64,000 nt of DNA from Bacteroidales bacterium (GTDB lineage Bacteria > Bacteroidota > Bacteroidia > Bacteroidales > WCHB1-69). The translations under genes were made by a program, and so were the position numbers. Below the pieces are notes generated by a model. It ran no database searches and was not told where the DNA came from. It saw only the letters and a program-made list of their open reading frames with translations. The first letter of the stretch is position 1; the number at the start of each line of letters is the position of its first letter. The stretch is from assembly GCA_017615595.1 (NCBI GenBank), contig JAFZZT010000036.1, positions 39,035 through 103,034 of the forward strand, in the 5' to 3' direction. Of the stretch, positions 57,169 through 62,946 are shown piece after piece.

Positions 57169-57779
57169 CTAATATCTTAGAAGTAGAAAACAGAATGATC
57201 ACCCTGCGAGGTCAGCAGGTGATTTTGGATTCAGACGTGGCCGAACTGTACGGGGTCCAAACCAAGGAAATCAACCAGGCAGTAAAAAACAACCCTGAGA
57301 AATTCCCAACAGGTTACATCTGGGAGTTGATTGGCGAAGAGAAAGACGAACTGGTCAAAAATTTTGACCGGTTCAACCGTCAGAAGCATTCAACGGTTAT
57401 GCCACAGGCTTTTACCGAGAAAGGACTCTATATGTTGGCCACTATCTTAAAAAGTGAAAAGGCTGTGGAGACCACCATCGCCATCGTGGAGGCCTACGCG
57501 AAGTTAAGGGAACTGTCGCGAGTGATGACGGAAATCCCACAGCAGGAAGAGAACTCCGTGGAACAGAAAACATTGCTTCAGCGCGGCGGACAGCTGGTGG
57601 AGGACCTGATGACAGACGTGCTGCCGGTCCAGAGCAGCGAGACCTCCATCGAACTCAACCTCGCGATGTTCAAACTCAAGCATTCCGTGAAGCGGGAGAA
57701 CGAGGAGGAGGTGAAGAAACTGCGGGAGGAGATAGCAGAACTCAAACATATTATTAATCATCAAAATAACACACTATGA
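57165..57779 (+). CDS. ORF6N-domain protein, array copy 2
   Basis: The start ATG overlaps the copy-1 stop (ATGA). The first 30 and last 100 aa or so are near-identical to copy 1 and the middle has diverged. Confidence 0.8.
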   Translation: MTNILEVENRMITLRGQQVILDSDVAELYGVQTKEINQAVKNNPEKFPTGYIWELIGEEKDELVKNFDRFNRQKHSTVMPQAFTEKGLYMLATILKSEKAVETTIAIVEAYAKLRELSRVMTEIPQQEENSVEQKTLLQRGGQLVEDLMTDVLPVQSSETSIELNLAMFKLKHSVKRENEEEVKKLREEIAELKHIINHQNNTL

Positions 57780-58063
57780 CAAATATTGTAGAAGTAGAAA
57801 ACAGAATGATCACCCTGCGAGGTCAGCAGGTGATTTTGGATTTAGACGTGGCCGAACTGTACGGAGTGGAAACACGCGACATCAACAAATCTGTGAAAAA
57901 CAATCCTGGTAAATTTCCAGAAGGATATATCATTGCTTTGGGATGTAGTGAGAAGAACGAACTGGTGGAAAATTTCCACCGGTTCAATCGACTAAAACAT
58001 TCCACCGTAATGCCCAAAGCCTTTACCGAGCGGGGGGGCTCTATATGCTGGCCACCTTCTTGA
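57776..58063 (+). pseudogene. ORF6N-domain gene, array copy 3, frameshifted and 3'-truncated
   Basis: ATGA overlap with copy 2 and a conserved N-terminus. The frame is lost at a G7 run (58032-58038; copy 1 has G5 at the same spot), and homology ends about 58060 at the convergent terminator. Confidence 0.75.
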
Positions 58064-58066
58064 AAT

Positions 58067-58094
58067 GTAGAGACGTTCCCGGGAAAGTCTCTAC
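58067..58094. terminator. hairpin between convergent ORF6N-3 remnant and exonuclease gene
   Basis: GTAGAGAC-gttcccgggaaa-GTCTCTAC: an 8-bp stem whose loop contains the palindrome TTCCCGGGAA. It includes the exonuclease stop codon. Confidence 0.5.
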
Positions 58095-58585
58095 AATAAT
58101 TGTAACGCAATCTTTGCACACGCCTCCGCGTCGGCGAGGGCGTGGTGGTGGTTCGTCATGGGACAGCCGCAGGCCGCCGCCACAGTGTGCAGCTGGTGGT
58201 TGGGCAACCGCCGCCCGAAACGTCTCCGCGAGGCACGGCACGTGCAAAGGAACTGATAGTCAGGATAGTCCATTTGATAGACCTGGAACACCGCTTTGAG
58301 ACAGCCCTCATCAAAGGGACTGTTGTGCGCCACCAAAGGCAAACCCTCGATTAAAGGCTCGATTTGCCGCCATACGTCGGGGAACACCGGCGCGTTGTCC
58401 GTGTCCTCGTGCGTGAGACCGTGTACCTCCTGACAGAACCAGGCGTAGTAGTCGGGTTCGGGCTTGATGAGCGAGTAGAACGTGTCGGTGATGAGGCCGT
58501 TACGCACGACTACCACCCCCACGCTGCACACGCTGCTACGCTGTCCGTTGGCGGTCTCGAAATCAATGGCGGCAAAATCGGTCAT
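58091..58585 (-). CDS. stand-alone DEDDh 3'-5' exonuclease (DnaQ/epsilon-like)
   Basis: ExoI AIDFETAN, ExoII AHNSPFDEGCL, ExoIII HHALADAEA. The start is set to the ATG at 58585 because the -7 box at 58609-58616 overlaps the listed TTG start. Confidence 0.8.
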   Translation of the reverse strand: MTDFAAIDFETANGQRSSVCSVGVVVVRNGLITDTFYSLIKPEPDYYAWFCQEVHGLTHEDTDNAPVFPDVWRQIEPLIEGLPLVAHNSPFDEGCLKAVFQVYQMDYPDYQFLCTCRASRRRFGRRLPNHQLHTVAAACGCPMTNHHHALADAEACAKIALQLL

Positions 58586-58605
58586 AGTTACACGTTTCAA
58601 ATCGG

Positions 58606-58631
58606 CGGCAAAGATAGCAAATAGGTGTGTA
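58606..58631 (-). promoter_or_regulatory. island promoter module (CACACCT-N7-GCTATCTTTGCCG) for exonuclease gene
   Basis: The minus strand reads CTTACACACCTATTTGCTATCTTTGCCGCC, with the -7 box at 58609-58616. Confidence 0.5.
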
Positions 58632-58682
58632 AGTTTCGGGCACAGAACAATAGTTCTGTTGAAACATTCGCAAACGGATAAT

Positions 58683-58967
58683 CACACTATCGGATCCGGG
58701 CACCCGTCCCAGCATCTTGGCCAGTCGCGGGTAGCGGTCGAAGTCGGCACGAAAATTCGGTCCCGGTTCCTTAGCGTGAATCAGCCGCGCCTCCACGCCC
58801 TTTCCGAGCAGTTCCGCCAATATCCCGAGGAATGGTTTCTCGGTTTTCCCCTGCAGCACGTAGAGGTCTTTGATGTCGGCGGTGCCAATCCACAGCGAGC
58901 GCTTGGCGCTCATGGCGAGGTCAAGGACGGTGGTGTAGTGGGAAGTGTCGGAGATAAACTGGAACAT
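58683..58967 (-). pseudogene. single-HKD (PLD-like) nuclease paralog C, internally deleted (HKD motif lost, frame shifted)
   Basis: The N-terminal 88 aa or so are homologous to A/B (SDTSHYTTVLDLAM...RADFDRYPRLAKML). Sequence then jumps directly to the last 17 nt or so of the paralog-B gene (ctatcggatccgggcac). The junction sits on a GGGCAC motif that occurs at both ends of the missing segment in B. Confidence 0.75.
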
Positions 58968-59181
58968 AGCAAGTTAATTAACAGGAATAATTTCGTTAGC
59001 TCTTCACTTTATCGCGATTGATCAGGTCGCACTCTTCTTGTGGTTATTTATGTAACATCTAACTTTTAATCCTGCAAAACTACAAAATAATACCTTCTTC
59101 CCACAAATAAATTAACACTACTAGGATTGTGTATATTATTTAAATGGAATAACGCACCAGTATGCAAAGATTTGGCACAAC

Positions 59182-60312
59182 CTATCTCTCCAGCTCCTCG
59201 CACGCAGCGAGCACGTTCTCGCCAAGGGTTGTTGTGTCCGGGAGATGTATCTTTCGTAACTTTTTGCAGCCGCAGAAGGCCCAGTCACCAATGTGTGTGA
59301 CGGATTCGGGGATATGAATTTCCTCAAAGGATTCGCATTGATAAAACGCCCATTCGCCAATGCTGAGCAAAGAGTCGGAGAAGTGGAGACTTTGCAATTT
59401 CCGGCAACCTTTGAAGGCGCTCTCCCCGATATGGGTCACGGTGGCGGGCAGGATGACCTTCTGCAGCTGCGCACATCCTCCGAAAGCCCAGTCTCCGACC
59501 TCCTTCACGAATGCTGGCACCCCTACCTCCATCTCGTTGCCGAAATAAGATATCAAGCGGCCCGTCTGCTTGTCAATCAGCATATTGTTCATCACCACGA
59601 AGTTTGGCGAATGGTTTACAACACATACGTTGCAACATCGTAGGAATGGATTCACCCCAATGCGCTCCACCGTTTCCGGAATCGTCACTTCGCGCAACTT
59701 CTTGCACGAGGCGAAAGCCCTGTCTTCAATGTGCGTCACGGAATCGGGAATCTTGTACATCACAAGTGTGTCTTGACGGTCAGAGCCGGGCTTTGGCCCA
59801 GCAATTATCTCCGCCACTCGTCGGTCCATATCTTCCAAGAAGTCTATCAACGGCGTGTTGCCATCAGTATGGGCAATATCCTCCTGCATATCAATGACGT
59901 GTATGTCGTCCACGCCCAGAAAATGTTTGTCGGGCAAGTCATACAGTTTGGAATTAAGTTGAGGCGGTAAAATGTAGATAAGATGTCTCCTGATATTGGC
60001 GTGATGCGCCTTGCACCACACCAAATTCACCCCGATGGCCCCAAGTTGCAACTCCATGTTTGAGTATCCTTTCATATTTGGATTGGGATGTGGTTTGCGC
60101 ACCATATTCGATGGCGAGTCCCACACCAGGAGCCACACCTCCACAGGTGGGTTGTAGGGGCCGTCTTCAGCGCTGTAGAGATACTTTCTCACAAAAACCG
60201 CGCTCTCCATCCATTCGTATGTGTGTGACGAAGGCATTTGTTGCATAATGCCCTCTTTGCTTTGCGCAGCGTTGAAGCCTATCGGGATGATGATGTGTTT
60301 CGTTCTGTCCAT
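59182..60312 (-). CDS. cytoplasmic protein with unknown about 190-aa N-domain and BspA-type leucine-rich repeats
   Basis: The C-half has repeats of the type IPDSVTHIEDRAFASCKKLREVTIP, LPATVTHIGESAFKGCRKLQSL and IPESVTHIGDWAFCGCKKLRKI. No signal peptide. The start is set to the ATG at 60312 (MDRTKH...), downstream of the -7 box at 60338-60345. Confidence 0.7.
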   Translation of the reverse strand: MDRTKHIIIPIGFNAAQSKEGIMQQMPSSHTYEWMESAVFVRKYLYSAEDGPYNPPVEVWLLVWDSPSNMVRKPHPNPNMKGYSNMELQLGAIGVNLVWCKAHHANIRRHLIYILPPQLNSKLYDLPDKHFLGVDDIHVIDMQEDIAHTDGNTPLIDFLEDMDRRVAEIIAGPKPGSDRQDTLVMYKIPDSVTHIEDRAFASCKKLREVTIPETVERIGVNPFLRCCNVCVVNHSPNFVVMNNMLIDKQTGRLISYFGNEMEVGVPAFVKEVGDWAFGGCAQLQKVILPATVTHIGESAFKGCRKLQSLHFSDSLLSIGEWAFYQCESFEEIHIPESVTHIGDWAFCGCKKLRKIHLPDTTTLGENVLAACEELER

Positions 60313-60337
60313 TGTCTGGTTGTTTGAATTGTTGGGG

Positions 60338-60345
60338 CAAAGATA
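60338..60345 (-). promoter_or_regulatory. -7 promoter box (TATCTTTG) for LRR gene
   Basis: The minus strand reads GGTGTGTTATCTTTGCCCC, 26 nt upstream of the ATG at 60312. Confidence 0.45.
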
Positions 60346-60376
60346 ACACACCGTTGCGCCAAAACGTGGCACTGCA

Positions 60377-61012
60377 TCATTCCCCCGTCACCACCTCCAT
60401 GGTGATTTCCGTGCGGAAGTCCCGGACGAAGATGAAGTCCGTGAGGGCGAAGTGGGTGTGGTCGAAAAGATGGTGGAACGCGCTGATGAGGTGCAGGTCT
60501 TTGGTGAGTTCCGGGTCCAGTCCTTCGTTCCAGTTGGGCGGCGGACAAGTCATCCCGATGAAGTCGTCGAACGATTCGCGGAAGTCGCTGGGGAGAGTCA
60601 GCGTGGAGAGGGACACGCCGTCCTCGTACAGCGGATTGTAGCCGCTGTCGCGGAGCGCACACCACAGCTCGTCACGCGAGTCGTTTTGCAAGGGGTGCAG
60701 CGGGGGATAGTTGCCGCTGAGGTAGCATCGGGCGGTGACTTCCAGATGTTCGCCGTAGTCGCAGGAGAGCGTGTCGCGATAGATGCGGCGGGCGGTTTCG
60801 TACATTTCCGACAACGCCTCCCGCAGCGCTTCGTTGAAGGCGATGATGTCGGGGAGCAGATCTTGCTGGTGCATCAATGCCTGCCGGTTGAGGAGCACCT
60901 TGCGCAGCGTCAGCAGGTTTTGGTGCTCGGTGTAATCGATTTTTCCATCGTAATAGGTCTGGATGATTTCCTGTTCGATGCATTCAATTACATAATCGTC
61001 GTAATGGATCAT
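60377..61012 (-). CDS. hypothetical acidic protein (211 aa), no recognisable domain
   Basis: A clean ORF with codon usage like its neighbours, 45 nt downstream of the preceding gene with no promoter box between. Confidence 0.5.
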   Translation of the reverse strand: MIHYDDYVIECIEQEIIQTYYDGKIDYTEHQNLLTLRKVLLNRQALMHQQDLLPDIIAFNEALREALSEMYETARRIYRDTLSCDYGEHLEVTARCYLSGNYPPLHPLQNDSRDELWCALRDSGYNPLYEDGVSLSTLTLPSDFRESFDDFIGMTCPPPNWNEGLDPELTKDLHLISAFHHLFDHTHFALTDFIFVRDFRTEITMEVVTGE

Positions 61013-61057
61013 AGTTTTTGGGTTTTATTGGGTTTAAAATCTAATCATGCACAGCTT

Positions 61058-61390
61058 TTACAGCCACAAATTCTTGAAATGTTGGCAGAAGAGTCTCAGA
61101 CCTTCTTGGATGAGGGCTTCCTGCTCCTCTTCCGATAGATGCGGGTCGCGGAGTTCTGGGCAACGGCAGTCGGCAAGCAGATCGAAGGCACGGATCATCG
61201 TGCGCAGGGCTGCCTGCCACTCTTTTTCATTGCGGAAAGATGCGCCGGGGAAAGACGGATAACGTCGTTTGGTTGCCTCCAGAAACCGCCGCAGCTGTGT
61301 GGCGATATGATCCGCAAGCGTGTGATACAGATCCCACATATCCGCGTAGGTTTCCTCCTCTTTCTTGGTTTTTTGCCGGTTGTTTGCCAT
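61058..61390 (-). CDS. hypothetical helical protein (110 aa)
   Basis: The ATG at 61390 (MANNRQKTKKEEE...) lies 27 nt downstream of the promoter module. The longer listed ORF would start inside the promoter. Confidence 0.45.
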   Translation of the reverse strand: MANNRQKTKKEEETYADMWDLYHTLADHIATQLRRFLEATKRRYPSFPGASFRNEKEWQAALRTMIRAFDLLADCRCPELRDPHLSEEEQEALIQEGLRLFCQHFKNLWL

Positions 61391-61413
61391 AGGGTAGGAT
61401 GTTTTGTTCAACG

Positions 61414-61440
61414 CGGCAAAAATAGCGAGCAGGTGTGCGA
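61414..61440 (-). promoter_or_regulatory. island promoter module (CACACCT-N7-GCTATTTTTGCCG)
   Basis: The minus strand reads CTCGCACACCTGCTCGCTATTTTTGCCGCG, with the -7 box at 61417-61424. Confidence 0.5.
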
Positions 61441-61467
61441 GAATATAGCACAGTTGGCAGTTGACCA

Positions 61468-61525
61468 TTGGCGATTAGCTGTCGGCTACGCTAATGGATT
61501 ATGCCAAAGGCTAATGGCAAATATA
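61468..61525. repeat. degenerate GCTAAT/ATTAGC 7-bp-type tract
   Basis: ccattggcgattagctgtcggctacgctaatggattatgccaaaggctaatggcaaat has the same motif family as 44821-45016 and 49966-50014, but is decayed. Confidence 0.5.
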
Positions 61526-61577
61526 GAGCGTTCCGAATATTTTTGAAATTTTAGGAGTTGTATTCCGAATTTTTTAG

Positions 61578-61585
61578 TATTTTTG
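61578..61585 (+). promoter_or_regulatory. -7 promoter box (TATTTTTG) for second ATPase gene
   Basis: TAnnTTTG match 16 nt upstream of the ATG at 61601. It covers the listed TTG start at 61583. Confidence 0.45.
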
Positions 61586-61600
61586 CGCTCAAATTCTAAA

Positions 61601-62767
61601 ATGATGTTCAAAAGACTTTTAAACGAAAAGGCCCTTACATTAGATAGCACTTTCCTCTTCGGGGCAAGACAAACGGGCAAAACCACATTGCTGCTGGATT
61701 TGTTTCCAAATGCCCTGTTTTACGATTTATTGGAAAACAACACCTTCGAGCGCCTGCAGCGGAATCCGTCACTGCTGAGACAGGATTTGGAGATGTGCGA
61801 TTCATCCACTTTAGTGATTATCGACGAAGTGCAGTCGTTGCCTGTCCTTCTCAATGAGGTGCAGTGGCTTATGGTGCGAAAAGGCATCCGTTTCATTCTT
61901 AGCGGATCAAGTGCGCGCAAGCTCAAGCGTGGTGGCGCCAATATGCTCGGCGGCAGAGCAATGCAGACGAATCTTTACCCTCTTGTCAGTGCTGAAATAC
62001 CCGACTTTGATCTGATCAAGGCGGTTAACCAAGGCATGATACCCAGACATTATCTTGCTGACGCCGACCGATATTGGCAAATGTTGCAGGCATACGTTGC
62101 CGTATATTTGCGTGAGGAAATCAAAGCAGAAGCTTTGGTACGCAACATGTCCACATTCACTCGCTTTCTCGAGGCTGCGGCTTTAACTGACGGCGAGATG
62201 GTCAATTACAGCAATATAGCGCAGGATTGCGGCGTTGACTCGAAAACTGTTGCGGGCTATTTTTCCATCTTGGAAGAGACCCTGATCGGATATATGATTC
62301 CAGCATTTACCAAGGTGGTGAAACGTAAATTACGGCAAGCTCCACGCTTTTACTTTTTTGACGTCGCCATTCCCAACTATCTGCTTGGACGCCGAGCCCT
62401 GACTCCTGGTTCGGCGGATTTTGGCCACGCCTTCGAACATTTTGTTATTCAAGAGATTGTGGCTTACTTGGGCTATCATCGCATGCTTGAAGCGCTCTCG
62501 TATTGGCACACCTATTCTGATTATGAGGTGGATGCGGTTTTAGGCGATGCCGAAGTGGCTATTGAAATCAAATCAAACAGTGAGGTCCAATCACGACATC
62601 TGCGCGGACTGAAAGCCTTCAAAGAGGAGCATCCCCAATGTCGCCTGATAGCAGTCTCTCTTGACCCTATACCACGCCTGCTCAACGATGTAGAGATATG
62701 GCCGGTCAAGATTTTTCTTAAAAAATTGTGGGATAATGAAATCTATTCAACAGGAACGACACACTAA
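61601..62767 (+). CDS. AAA-ATPase with DUF4143 / PD-(D/E)XK-like C-terminal domain (second, divergent copy)
   Basis: Walker A GARQTGKTTLL and Walker B LVIIDEVQ. The C-terminus has YEVDAVLGDAEVAIEIKS (D...E-x-K). Confidence 0.8.
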   Translation: MMFKRLLNEKALTLDSTFLFGARQTGKTTLLLDLFPNALFYDLLENNTFERLQRNPSLLRQDLEMCDSSTLVIIDEVQSLPVLLNEVQWLMVRKGIRFILSGSSARKLKRGGANMLGGRAMQTNLYPLVSAEIPDFDLIKAVNQGMIPRHYLADADRYWQMLQAYVAVYLREEIKAEALVRNMSTFTRFLEAAALTDGEMVNYSNIAQDCGVDSKTVAGYFSILEETLIGYMIPAFTKVVKRKLRQAPRFYFFDVAIPNYLLGRRALTPGSADFGHAFEHFVIQEIVAYLGYHRMLEALSYWHTYSDYEVDAVLGDAEVAIEIKSNSEVQSRHLRGLKAFKEEHPQCRLIAVSLDPIPRLLNDVEIWPVKIFLKKLWDNEIYSTGTTH

Positions 62768-62803
62768 AACGCACGCACGACTCATTATTTATGAATGAAA
62801 TTT

Positions 62804-62825
62804 TGAAGTAATACTTCAGATTTTT
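62804..62825 (+). terminator. candidate intrinsic terminator of ATPase gene
   Basis: TGAAGT-aat-ACTTCA hairpin followed by GATTTTT, 37 nt after the stop. Confidence 0.4.
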
Positions 62826-62946
62826 CGATAAAATTTGAAGTAACACTCCTTATATTTGCACAAATTATCGGGCTGGGGTTAGATTAATATAGCATTCCCC
62901 TCTCGCAAGAGGTTGTCGTTACCGGCAGTGGTATTTCTCACAATCG

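Noticed and set aside
58563-58682. 3' extension of the listed 134-aa ORF of HKD paralog C (tail ...PGSDSVIIRLRMFQQNYCSVPETYTPICYLCRRFETCNYDRFCRH).
   Set aside because: The tail arises only because the internal deletion shifts the frame. It runs through the exonuclease promoter and start, so it is a pseudogene read-through rather than a new domain.
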